Shown piece by piece: positions 39,972 to 49,228 of a DNA stretch of 64,000 nt. Under the pieces are notes generated by a model, which saw only the letters and a program-made list of their open reading frames with translations, did not search any database and was not told where the DNA came from. The first letter of the stretch is position 1, and each line of letters starts with the position of its first letter. Source of the DNA: an uncultured Lachnospiraceae bacterium (GTDB lineage Bacteria > Bacillota > Clostridia > Lachnospirales > Lachnospiraceae); assembly GCA_946543465.1 (NCBI GenBank), contig CAMNLR010000149.1, positions 8,845 through 72,844 on the forward strand. The letters run 5' to 3'. A program made the translations under genes and the position numbers.

Positions 39972-41360
39972 ATGCGAAATTATGAAAGAGACCACAAGCT
40001 CGAGCATGTCTATTCTCTGAAGGCATATGCTCAGATCGAAAAGAAACCCGTCAGTGTCAAAAACTGCGACAGGATCCTCAGGCTCCAGAACAAGCGGGTC
40101 CATGAGCTGATGAAAGCTGCCTATGAAATCCCTTTTTATCGTGCGCGCTTTGAGGAATCCGGCACGACACCGGACGATTATCACTGCGCCGAGGACCTCT
40201 ACAAGTTCCCGCTGCTGACCAAGGATCAGCTCAGGGACTGGATGGATGAAGAGGCGGAAAAGGATCCCGAGAAGTACAAATACTGGCATGTCTCGCCAAC
40301 GTCCGGCTCCACCGGAAGACCTCTCCGTGTCCTGATCTCTCCCAGAGAGTACGCATGGGTCGTGGCCAACTGGCTCCGCACCATGGGCTACGGCGGTTTC
40401 AATCCCATTACCGGAAAGACAATGTCACGCCCCAATTCTCTGCACGGACCTGTCAAGGAATATGATTCCATCGTCCAGAGAATGGGCATTCTCAGGCGCA
40501 AATATATGTCTGATACGATCAGGGAGCGTGTTGACACACAGACACTGGTCAACGAGATCAACGCCTACGAGCCGGATTATCTCTACAACCACAAGAACCT
40601 GCTCATGCGGATCGCCAAGTATGTCAAGGAAAATGACCTGTATCTGTGGAAGCCTTCCTTCTACACACCCTTTGGCGAGATGCTCGATGATCCGTCCAGA
40701 GAACTTCTGCAGGAAGTGTTCGGCCCCGGCCTGATCGATGCCTATGGCATGGGTGAGACAGGATCCTGTGTGGTCCGCATCCCCGGCAGGAAGTATTATC
40801 AGGTCAACAGCGACCTGTTTGTCGTCAATGTCTACAACGCAGACCTGACAGGTCCCGCCCTCAAGGGTATGGCGGTGATCACACCCTTGTACAAGACGGA
40901 ACTGCCCCTGATCAACTATACATCCTATGATCAGCTCGACAGCTATATGCGCCGCGGCCTCCGCTTTGCGAGGGGCGTCCAGGGACGCATGAACGACGTC
41001 ATCCATCACAGAGACGGCTCTGTCACCGAGTGGGGCAATATCTCCGGCATCATCAATTACGTTCCCGAGATCATTTCCTACAGGATCGTGCAGGAGGACT
41101 ATGAGAATCTGACCCTGATGATGGTCCGCAATCCCGATACGCCTGCGGAAAAACAGGACGAGATCGTGGAACAGCTGGATGTCAAGCTGATGGCCATGTT
41201 CAAGGATCCCTCTTTCAAGATCCAGTATCAGTGGCTGGATGAAATCCCCGCCGATCCCAACGGCAAGCTCCGTGTCATCGTCAGCAAGGTAAAACCCGGT
41301 GCCATCGGTGAACCCGAGCATGCCGGTGAAGATGTCGGCAACGCAGAGATCACTGAGTGA
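39972..41360 (+). CDS. Phenylacetate-CoA ligase/CapK-like adenylate-forming enzyme
   Basis: PFYR, FPLLTKD, TSGSTGRP, YGMGETG, PLINY and NGKLR motifs. Confidence 0.85.
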   Translation: MRNYERDHKLEHVYSLKAYAQIEKKPVSVKNCDRILRLQNKRVHELMKAAYEIPFYRARFEESGTTPDDYHCAEDLYKFPLLTKDQLRDWMDEEAEKDPEKYKYWHVSPTSGSTGRPLRVLISPREYAWVVANWLRTMGYGGFNPITGKTMSRPNSLHGPVKEYDSIVQRMGILRRKYMSDTIRERVDTQTLVNEINAYEPDYLYNHKNLLMRIAKYVKENDLYLWKPSFYTPFGEMLDDPSRELLQEVFGPGLIDAYGMGETGSCVVRIPGRKYYQVNSDLFVVNVYNADLTGPALKGMAVITPLYKTELPLINYTSYDQLDSYMRRGLRFARGVQGRMNDVIHHRDGSVTEWGNISGIINYVPEIISYRIVQEDYENLTLMMVRNPDTPAEKQDEIVEQLDVKLMAMFKDPSFKIQYQWLDEIPADPNGKLRVIVSKVKPGAIGEPEHAGEDVGNAEITE

Positions 41361-41416
41361 TTCCCTTACTGGAATAGCCGGCAGACGATCCCATATTTTT
41401 CATGAAACAATAATGG

Positions 41417-41947
41417 ATGGAGGCAGCAGCCATCAGGATGAATGACAGGGACTACAGTCATTTTTATCAGCATCTCACAGGCCGCATCCGCGCAAGCGGT
41501 GCGGCCTGTTTCTGCCTGCGCGCAGCCGGAAAGACGGCGACCGGAATCATGTATGCGGCTTACCCGCTGCTTCTGGGAAAGCTTGCCATGGACAAGGACT
41601 GGAGAGGACTTCTCGTCTCAGTCCTTATACCGGGGGCGGGCTTTTTGCTGCTGACTGCGGTGAGGGCAAAGATCAATCGCCCCAGACCCTATGAAACCTG
41701 GAAGATCGACCCCCTGGTCCCCAAGGACACACGGGGCAATTCCATGCCCAGCCGGCATGTCTTTTCCTCTTCCCTGATTTCCATGGCCTGGATGTCCGTA
41801 TCCGTGCCGGCCGGCCTTGCCCTGCTGGCTGTCTCTGCGGCGGCTGCCTGGATCCGGGTCCTGGCCGGAGTACACTATCCCTCTGATGTGGCCGTGGGAT
41901 ATCTGGCGGGGATCGCTGCAGGCCTGCCCCTTTTGTTTCTGATGTAG
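41417..41947 (+). CDS. PAP2-family membrane phosphatase
   Basis: RPRPY, SMPSRH and RVLAGVHYPSDV motifs. Confidence 0.9.
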   Translation: MEAAAIRMNDRDYSHFYQHLTGRIRASGAACFCLRAAGKTATGIMYAAYPLLLGKLAMDKDWRGLLVSVLIPGAGFLLLTAVRAKINRPRPYETWKIDPLVPKDTRGNSMPSRHVFSSSLISMAWMSVSVPAGLALLAVSAAAAWIRVLAGVHYPSDVAVGYLAGIAAGLPLLFLM

Positions 41948-42000
41948 AGTTTTGTTGTGCTGCAGGCCTTCCCCTTTTGTTTCTGCTGTAGAATTTTGTT
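41915..42000. repeat. Imperfect tandem duplication (period 44 bp) of the PAP2 gene 3' end
   Basis: 41915-41956 matches 41959-42000 with 3 mismatches. Confidence 0.85.
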
Positions 42001-42202
42001 TCTTCTTCAGAGGCTCTGAAGACGGCCCTGTCCGGCCCGGCCTTTTCCTGGGCGGATTTGCGATACCGGAATCTTGAAATTTCGTTCACAGCCCCGTGGG
42101 GGACCGCTGTTTTTGGCAAAATCCCAAAGAATCCTTTAAAATCCGTAAAAAGTTTGTGAAATATGAGTGTTTTGTAAACGATTTCAATGTGGTACTATGC
42201 AA

Positions 42203-42292
42203 GTGTCAGCGAAAGCTGACACCATTACCCCCCTAAGCATTATTACATCCCATGAGAAAGCCCGGCTGCCGGAATCGGTTGCCGGGCTTTTT
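42203..42292 (+). ncRNA. Candidate ~90-nt small RNA
   Basis: Extended -10 TGTGGTACTAT (42188-42198); 8-bp hairpin with GAAA loop; C-rich linker; intrinsic terminator at 42257-42292; no ORF. Confidence 0.55.
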
Positions 42293-42295
42293 CAT

Positions 42296-42324
42296 TTGCC
42301 ACTGTTTTTGGTCTATGCTATAGT
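42296..42324 (+). promoter_or_regulatory. SigA-type promoter of the rhomboid gene
   Basis: TTGCCA-17 bp-TATAGT with TG extension. Confidence 0.65.
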
Positions 42325-42362
42325 GTCGTAGGGAATGAAACTGTACAAACGGAGAGAAAAGA

Positions 42363-43019
42363 ATGGACCGGAAGAGACTGGAAGGCCTCCGCCAGGCGGC
42401 CTGGATGAACTATCTGCTGATCGCAGTCAACGTACTGGTTTTCGCAGCGGAGATGGCCGGCGCCGGACGCGGCAGAGGCCTGGAGCGCATGTACCGCGCA
42501 GGAGCTCTGTATGCGCCTCTTCTCTTGAAGGGACAGGGATTTTACCGTCTGGTGACATCCATTTTCCTGCATGCGGACGCCGGACATCTGTTCAATAACA
42601 TGATCGTGCAGTTTGCGGGCGGAGAAATTGTCGAAAAAAACATGGGGCACATCAGATATGGAATCTTCTACCTGCTCTGCGGGATCGGAGGCAATCTGGC
42701 CTCGGTGCTCTATGATTTCCTGACAAGGGAATACGGATACTCAGTGGGCGCCAGCGGCGCCGTTTTCGGCATCATAGGCGCCCTTCTCTTCATGATCCTG
42801 AGAGAGGCGGACCAAATGCGCAGCAATTCATGGAAGATGGACCGCCGCATGAAGAGCCTTCTGATCCGCGCCGGGATCATGACGGCATACCTTTTGTACA
42901 GCGGATGGACCAATCCCCTTGTCAACCAGGCGGCCCATGTGGGCGGACTCATCTTCGGATTTGTCCTCTCAATGATCATGGCGCCGCACATTCGAAGCGA
43001 CCTCAGCGGCCTCCTCTAG
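42363..43019 (+). CDS. Rhomboid intramembrane serine protease
   Basis: YRLVTSIFLH, HLFNNM, VGASGAVFG and AHVGG motifs. Confidence 0.93.
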   Translation: MDRKRLEGLRQAAWMNYLLIAVNVLVFAAEMAGAGRGRGLERMYRAGALYAPLLLKGQGFYRLVTSIFLHADAGHLFNNMIVQFAGGEIVEKNMGHIRYGIFYLLCGIGGNLASVLYDFLTREYGYSVGASGAVFGIIGALLFMILREADQMRSNSWKMDRRMKSLLIRAGIMTAYLLYSGWTNPLVNQAAHVGGLIFGFVLSMIMAPHIRSDLSGLL

Positions 43020-43074
43020 GGGACAAGTCATTCCGACTGGGTTGCAGAAAACAACACATTCATATAAAATGAAT

Positions 43075-43146
43075 AAAACAGCGAGGAAAAGCCGAGCGAA
43101 TACCGAGCTTGCTCGGGAATTCGAGAGGCCTTGACGAGCGTATTTT
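43075..43146 (+). repeat. Third, diverged copy of the REP-like hairpin element
   Basis: Shares ACAGCGAGGAAAAG...CGAAT...GCTTGC...ATTCG...CCTTGACGAGCGT with 27813 and 27980. Confidence 0.8.
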
Positions 43147-43199
43147 TAGATATGTGTACCGGTGTCAGGAAATCTGAAATATCGGATGGAGAATAGCAG

Positions 43200-44333
43200 A
43201 TGAACAGGAATCGGAGAAGAATCTTATATGTTGCAGAAGCGATGGGAGGCGGCGTTTTCACCTTCCTTGTCGGTTTATGCAACGAACTTGTCGACTATTA
43301 TGATATATATGTCGCCTATGGAATCCGGACACAGACACCGGACGATTTCAGAAAATATTTTGACGAACGTGTTCATTTGATCCGTGTGAGAAACTTTGAG
43401 CGCTCGATCGATCCGCGCCACGACCTCGGCGCCTTTGTCGAGCTGAGGAAAATTGCAGACAAGGTGAAACCCGACCTGATCCATCTGCACTCCTCCAAGG
43501 CAGGAGCCCTGGGCAGATGGGCTTTTAACGGAAAGAAACTTCCCCTGTTCTACACCCCGCACGGATACAGCTTCCTGATGTCGAACTATAATGCGACGAA
43601 GCGGTTATCCTACAAGATGGTTGAGAAACTCTCGGCGATCCGGCGCTGCACCACGATCAGCTGCAGTGAGGGAGAGCACAAAGAGACCCTGTCCCTGACC
43701 AAAAACGCCAGATTTGTCAACAACGGAATTAATGTGGAAGAGATGCAGCGGATGATGGATTCGATCGGAAGCTGCGAAAATGACGGATTCAATGTTTTCA
43801 CCCTCGGCAGGATCTGCTATCAGAAAAATCCCGGACTCTTCAATGAGATCGCGGAAAAGCTCCCGGATGTCAGGTTTGTGTGGATCGGCGACGGAGAACT
43901 CCGCGATATGATCACAGCGCCCAACATAGAAGTTACCGGCTGGATGAACCGCGAGGAAGCGCTCCGCCGTTCAATGGCCTCCAATGTCTTTGTTCTGACC
44001 TCTCTCTGGGAGGGACTTCCCATGTCTCTGCTTGAGTCCATGTACATGGAAAAGCTGTGTCTGGTCAATGATGTGATCGGAAGCAGAGATGTCATCCAGA
44101 CCGGCGTGAACGGATATGTGTGCAGAAACGCAGACGAGTTCGTCAGCGCCATCCGCGGCATACTGGAGGATCCCGAGAAGGCAGAGAGAATGACTGCTCA
44201 GGCCAGGAAGGATATCATCGAAAAATACAACACTCGTGTGATGGCGGCCAAATACCGCGAGATCTACGAGGAGGCTTTTGCCGCTAATGAAAAAAAGGAA
44301 AAGCCGCGTCGGAAAAAGAAAAAGAAGCAGTGA
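43200..44333 (+). CDS. GT4-family glycosyltransferase
   Basis: GGGVF, HLHSSKAG, YTPHG and SLWEGLPMSLLE (EX7E) motifs. Confidence 0.92.
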   Translation: MNRNRRRILYVAEAMGGGVFTFLVGLCNELVDYYDIYVAYGIRTQTPDDFRKYFDERVHLIRVRNFERSIDPRHDLGAFVELRKIADKVKPDLIHLHSSKAGALGRWAFNGKKLPLFYTPHGYSFLMSNYNATKRLSYKMVEKLSAIRRCTTISCSEGEHKETLSLTKNARFVNNGINVEEMQRMMDSIGSCENDGFNVFTLGRICYQKNPGLFNEIAEKLPDVRFVWIGDGELRDMITAPNIEVTGWMNREEALRRSMASNVFVLTSLWEGLPMSLLESMYMEKLCLVNDVIGSRDVIQTGVNGYVCRNADEFVSAIRGILEDPEKAERMTAQARKDIIEKYNTRVMAAKYREIYEEAFAANEKKEKPRRKKKKKQ

Positions 44334-44366
44334 GACGAGGGCGGCTTCTTTCATAAACATTTATGG

Positions 44367-45611
44367 ATGGAGGTTATGACCACAGACATGAAAAAAACAG
44401 CGATCGTCTCGTGCTATTTCCAGCCGAATTACGGCAGTATGCTTCAGGCTCTGGCCACACAGATGGCCCTGGACGAGCTTGGATACGACAATGAGACCAT
44501 CTGCATCGACGGCCTGAACAGGGAGATCCGGTCAGCGAAGATCCGCTATTTTGCCAGGGCATCTCTGACATCGGACATCCTGCTGTCAAAGGCGGGGATG
44601 GCCATGGCGCGCATGCGCCGAAAGCTTTCCAGAGGCACTTATACGCAGATGATGCAGGCCAGGCTGCAGGCTTTTTCAGATTTTCAAACAGAGCATTTCC
44701 GCATGTCCGGGTGCTATGGTTCCCGCGCGGAACTGACACAGGCATGTGACGAAAAATACAGCGCCGTTCTGGTCGGGAGCGACCAGCTCTGGCTCCCCGC
44801 CAACATCGCGGCAGATTATTATACACTCAGCTTTGTACCGGACTCGGTCAATACCATTGCCTACGCGACGAGTTTCGGGCAGGCCCAGCTTCCCCGCGCC
44901 AGTGAGCGTGCGGCCATGAAATTTTTGTCCCGCATCAGGCACATCGGTGTGCGGGAAAAGTCAGGACAGAAGATCGTCGCAAGACTGACGGGGCGCCGTG
45001 TTCCTATTGTCGCGGATCCCACACTCCTGTTTGACGGCAGGGAGTGGATGCGCGTGCAGCAGGAGGCCCCCCTGTTCGAGGGCAAGTATATCTTCTGCTA
45101 TTTCCTGGGCAATAATCCTCTGCATCGGAAATTCGCATCCCGGCTGTCGGCAGAAACGGGATGCAGGATCGTGGCTCTGCAGCACGTGGACGAATATGTC
45201 CGCAGCGATGAAGACTACGCAGATGAGACTCCCTGGTCGGTCGGTCCGGGCGATTTCCTCAATCTGATCCGGAATGCGCAGTGGGTCCTGACAGATTCCT
45301 ATCACTGTACCGCTTTTTCCATGCAGTACGAACGAAAGTTTTTCACTTTCCGCAGATACCACCGCAAGACAAAGCAGTCGACCAACAGCCGTCTGGACAC
45401 ACTTCTTGCACAGTGCGGCGTGACAGAGCGGCTTTTGAGCGGCGAAGAGGAGATTTCGGCCTGCACGGGTCTTGAGATCGACTTTGCGGATGTCCACAGC
45501 CGGATCGCGCGGCTCCGCGACTACTCCTGGAAATACCTCACAGATGCACTTGAGGACAGAAAGGAAACAGACTTGAAAATAAATGCTGTCCGCGCAGTGA
45601 ACAGCAATTAG
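44367..45611 (+). CDS. Polysaccharide pyruvyl transferase family protein (start may be 44376 or 44388)
   Basis: NYGSMLQA, VGSDQLW, YATSFG, GVRE, DPTLL and TDSYH motifs. Confidence 0.9.
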   Translation: MEVMTTDMKKTAIVSCYFQPNYGSMLQALATQMALDELGYDNETICIDGLNREIRSAKIRYFARASLTSDILLSKAGMAMARMRRKLSRGTYTQMMQARLQAFSDFQTEHFRMSGCYGSRAELTQACDEKYSAVLVGSDQLWLPANIAADYYTLSFVPDSVNTIAYATSFGQAQLPRASERAAMKFLSRIRHIGVREKSGQKIVARLTGRRVPIVADPTLLFDGREWMRVQQEAPLFEGKYIFCYFLGNNPLHRKFASRLSAETGCRIVALQHVDEYVRSDEDYADETPWSVGPGDFLNLIRNAQWVLTDSYHCTAFSMQYERKFFTFRRYHRKTKQSTNSRLDTLLAQCGVTERLLSGEEEISACTGLEIDFADVHSRIARLRDYSWKYLTDALEDRKETDLKINAVRAVNSN

Positions 45612-45658
45612 ATAACAGTTACAGCCGGTTTTCCACCAGAATGAAAGGGCAAAAGCGA

Positions 45659-46483
45659 ATGGGTACACCAATCGTAAAAATCCTTATAGCTTCACATAAA
45701 AAATACAGAATGCCGAAGGATGACATTTATCTTCCCCTGCATGTAGGGGCGGAAGGCAAAGTCGATTCCTCCGGCAACCCGCTTGACCTGGGCTGGACAA
45801 AGGATAACACGGGCGAGAATATTTCAGAACTCAATGCAGGGTATTGTGAACTTACGGGTTTGTACTGGGGCTGGAAAAATCTGAAAGCCGATTATATCGG
45901 CCTGGTACATTACCGCAGGCATTTCTGTTTGAAGAGAAAAAGCAGGGATCCCTTCAAAAATATCCTGACAGGCGCACAGCTTCGTCCGATGTTGAAACAG
46001 TACTGGGTGTTTGTCCCGAAAAAGCGGAGATATTTCATTGAGACGCTCTACTCTCATTATGCACACACGCACTATGCAGAGCATCTTGATATCACCCGGG
46101 AGGTCATCGCTGAGCGGTATCCGGAATATCTGCCTTCCTTTGACAGGATCATGAGGCGGAGATACGGATACATGTTCAATATGATGATCATGCGCAGAGA
46201 TCTTGCGGATAAATACTGTGCCTGGCTCTTCGACATTCTCTTTGCGCTGTCGAAAAAGATGGGAGTTACGGAGCTCTCCTTCTATCAGGGACGGTATTTC
46301 GGCAGGGTCAGTGAGATCATCCTGAATGTCTGGCTGGACCGCCAGGTCTCCATCGCCGCTATTCCCAGAGACCGTATCCGTGAACTTCCGACAATCTACA
46401 CGGAGAAGATCATGTGGTACAAAAAAGGCGCATCTTTCCTGAAGGCTAAATACCTGGGCGAAAAATATGAGGGAAGCTTTTAA
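45659..46483 (+). CDS. DUF4422-family glycosyltransferase (often galactofuranosyl-type)
   Basis: HKKYRMP, DNTGENIS, YCELTGLYW, GLVHYRR and FNMMIM motifs. Confidence 0.88.
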   Translation: MGTPIVKILIASHKKYRMPKDDIYLPLHVGAEGKVDSSGNPLDLGWTKDNTGENISELNAGYCELTGLYWGWKNLKADYIGLVHYRRHFCLKRKSRDPFKNILTGAQLRPMLKQYWVFVPKKRRYFIETLYSHYAHTHYAEHLDITREVIAERYPEYLPSFDRIMRRRYGYMFNMMIMRRDLADKYCAWLFDILFALSKKMGVTELSFYQGRYFGRVSEIILNVWLDRQVSIAAIPRDRIRELPTIYTEKIMWYKKGASFLKAKYLGEKYEGSF

Positions 46484-47757
46484 TGGCGAATAAAAAATCA
46501 GCGGAATTGAAGAACATGTCCGAAATCGGGATCGGTCAGTCCTTTGAGCGCTGGCTCGGAGAGGGAATCTTCTCGGGAACAGTGGCAGGCACAGTCAGTG
46601 CGCTGACGGATATCCTCTATTATCTGTCCTTTATCGTCTGCTACAGCTGGGGTTTTATCAACACCACAATGTTCAAGAACGATTTTTCCGATGCCTTTAA
46701 GGCGCAGATGGAGGGACTTTTCCAATTCGCAGTGATCAATGCGCTGGTCTGCGGTCTCATAGCCCTGCTTCTGCAGAAAAACCTGCAGTTGGCAGTCTTT
46801 GAGATTGCCCTTCTGGCGTCAGGATTTCTTCACTGGAAGCTGGGGGCAGGAAAATTTGAATATTTTGTCCTGTGCGTGCTGATCGTCGGTATGACCGGCC
46901 GTTCCTTTAAGGTGCTCGTGTCCATAGCGCTGGCAATCGGAAGCGTCATGTTGGCAGTCACCTTTGCCGCCTCCCAGCTGGGGATCATCACGGATCTGGT
47001 CTACAAGGGTGGACGCCATTCATTCGGAATCATCTACTGCACGGACTGCGCGGCACATATCCTCTTTCTGATGATCATGTATGTGTTCCTGCGCCTGGAT
47101 TCGCTCAACATCGTAGAATATGCCGCTCTCATCCTGGTCTGCCTGATCATGATGATGACAAAGGCTCAGTCGGATATCATGTGCGGCTTCCTGCTCATGG
47201 GCGGGATCCTTCTCTACAGGCTGACACGCAGGTGGCACAGAAAAAAGCCGGTCCGTATCATCGCCTCGATCATGAGCTTCTCCTTCCTGATCTGTACCGC
47301 CTTGATCTTTGCGATCACACTGGGATTTAACAGAAACGACATGGAATTGCGTCAAAAGATCCCCTACACGCTGACCCGCCGTCTGGAAATGAACCAGCAG
47401 GCGCTCAGGGACCACCCCTTCTCGCTCTTCGGATCGCAGATCGAAGAGCACGGGTTCGGAGGAAGAACGGAGAATCTTCCGGGCTGGGACAAGTACTTTT
47501 TCATCGACTGCTCCTATATCCGCCTGTTTGTGATCGGCGGTTTTCTCCTTTTTATCCTGATCCTGCTGGTCATGACCTATGCAGAGCTCAGGTGCTTTGC
47601 CTACAGGAGATACGGCTTTCTGTTCCTGCTGGTGCTCGTCTCCATCGCATGCCTGCTGGAACACCACCTGATGGAATATTATTACAATGTATTTCCTCTG
47701 ATGGCATTTTCGGGAAGACGTCTTTTCCGGGATGATCCGATCCCCGGGAACGGATGA
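46483..47757 (+). CDS. Multi-TM polysaccharide polymerase (Wzy-like)
   Basis: About 11 TM helices; RHSFG, FSLFG and IDCSY motifs; located inside the GT cluster. Confidence 0.65.
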   Translation: MANKKSAELKNMSEIGIGQSFERWLGEGIFSGTVAGTVSALTDILYYLSFIVCYSWGFINTTMFKNDFSDAFKAQMEGLFQFAVINALVCGLIALLLQKNLQLAVFEIALLASGFLHWKLGAGKFEYFVLCVLIVGMTGRSFKVLVSIALAIGSVMLAVTFAASQLGIITDLVYKGGRHSFGIIYCTDCAAHILFLMIMYVFLRLDSLNIVEYAALILVCLIMMMTKAQSDIMCGFLLMGGILLYRLTRRWHRKKPVRIIASIMSFSFLICTALIFAITLGFNRNDMELRQKIPYTLTRRLEMNQQALRDHPFSLFGSQIEEHGFGGRTENLPGWDKYFFIDCSYIRLFVIGGFLLFILILLVMTYAELRCFAYRRYGFLFLLVLVSIACLLEHHLMEYYYNVFPLMAFSGRRLFRDDPIPGNG

Positions 47758-47825
47758 AGGCCTGCCGGTCTGAGCGGGCAGAAGGCCGGGATCGGATATA
47801 AGGCCTGCCGGTCTGAGCGGGCAGA
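47757..47825. repeat. 26-bp direct repeat AAGGCCTGCCGGTCTGAGCGGGCAGA, two copies
   Basis: 47757-47782 and 47800-47825. Confidence 0.88.
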
Positions 47826-47945
47826 GGGTCCGGGGACGGAAGAGCAGGTGACGGCGCCTGTGCACGGATGCGGTCCGGCATGTCAGGCAGAGGAAGGTGA
47901 AACACAGTCAATCTCTATGTGTCGACGGGAGGTATTGCACAGTAC

Positions 47946-49172
47946 ATGATCAGACTCAACGAAAAAAAAGACTGCTGCGGATGCGGCGGGTGCAGCAATG
48001 CCTGCCCCGTGCACTGCATACAGATGAAGGCGGACGCGGAAGGATTCCTGTATCCGGAAGTGGACGAAACGACCTGTATTGATTGCGGTCTGTGTGAACG
48101 GGTATGTCCGGTGCTGCGTGCGGGAGAGGATGTTCCTTTTTCGCAGGCAGCATATCTTTTGCAGTACAAAAATGAAAAGGTCCGCCGGCAGAGCACATCC
48201 GGCGGCGCTTTTACTGCCATCGCCCGCTATGTGCTGGACCGCGGAGGCATCGTCTACGGCGCTGCCTTTGACGACCGGCTGCGGGTACATCACACATCTG
48301 CGGTCAGCCCCAAAGGACTGCAGATCTTCAGAAACAGCAAGTATGTCCAGAGCGATACGGAGAAGACCTTCACCCAGGTGCGGGACCATCTTCGCACCGG
48401 CCGCCTTGTCTGTTACAGCGGGACGCCCTGCCAGATCGAAGGGCTCCTGTCCTTCCTGGAACCTGCCGGGACAGAGGGCTCCCGGGAGGAGCTTCTCGAC
48501 CGCCTGGTCACAGTGGATGTAGTCTGCCACGCAGTGCCTTCCCCTCTGGTCTGGGAGAGATATCTGGAGATGCAGAGAGAGAAGCTTGGCACGGAGATCG
48601 CGGACGCAAAATTCCGGGACAAGCATTTCGGCTACAACTATTCGACCATGACCCTCCTCGACGACAGCGGAGAGGAGCGGTATGTACAGGGAATCGACAC
48701 GGACCAGATGCTGCGGGCCTTTTTCTCCAACATCTGCGACCGGCCTTCCTGCTATGATTGTGCTTTCAAAAAGCGCTACAGAAAGAGCGACTTTACCATC
48801 TGGGACTGCTATCCGGTCTATGCCTTTGACAAGAAGCTGGATGACGACAGGGGGACTTCCCGGGTCCTGATCCACTCGGACAAGGGCCGCCGCATTTTCG
48901 AGGAGGTCCGGCAGAGGTGCCGCGTCCTCGAGGTGGAGCCGGATCGTCTCACGGCAGGCGTCAGGGAGATGTTTCACAGTGTGGACAGCAATCCGCGCAG
49001 AGAGGAATTCTTCGAGGATGCCGCCTGTATGGAAGCCCGGACTTTCTTCAACAAGTATTTTCCCATGACGGCCAGGGTGAAGCTGGAGCGGACAGCCCGC
49101 ATAGTCTGCTATAGGACCGGCGTCTATGCTCTCGCCAAGAGGGCTGCGAGAAAGATCCTGAAAAAGGACTGA
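47946..49172 (+). CDS. 2[4Fe-4S] ferredoxin plus FrhB/FdhB-like (coenzyme F420 hydrogenase beta) domain protein
   Basis: CCGCGGCSNACP and CIDCGLCERVCP; STSGG, SKYVQS, GTPCQ, VCHAVPS and RPSCYDC motifs; GGAGG RBS. Confidence 0.9.
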   Translation: MIRLNEKKDCCGCGGCSNACPVHCIQMKADAEGFLYPEVDETTCIDCGLCERVCPVLRAGEDVPFSQAAYLLQYKNEKVRRQSTSGGAFTAIARYVLDRGGIVYGAAFDDRLRVHHTSAVSPKGLQIFRNSKYVQSDTEKTFTQVRDHLRTGRLVCYSGTPCQIEGLLSFLEPAGTEGSREELLDRLVTVDVVCHAVPSPLVWERYLEMQREKLGTEIADAKFRDKHFGYNYSTMTLLDDSGEERYVQGIDTDQMLRAFFSNICDRPSCYDCAFKKRYRKSDFTIWDCYPVYAFDKKLDDDRGTSRVLIHSDKGRRIFEEVRQRCRVLEVEPDRLTAGVREMFHSVDSNPRREEFFEDAACMEARTFFNKYFPMTARVKLERTARIVCYRTGVYALAKRAARKILKKD

Positions 49173-49228
49173 GAGATCGATCTGGACGCCTCCGGTTTTG
49201 CTGCGATGCGGCGGGAAAGGATGGATAT

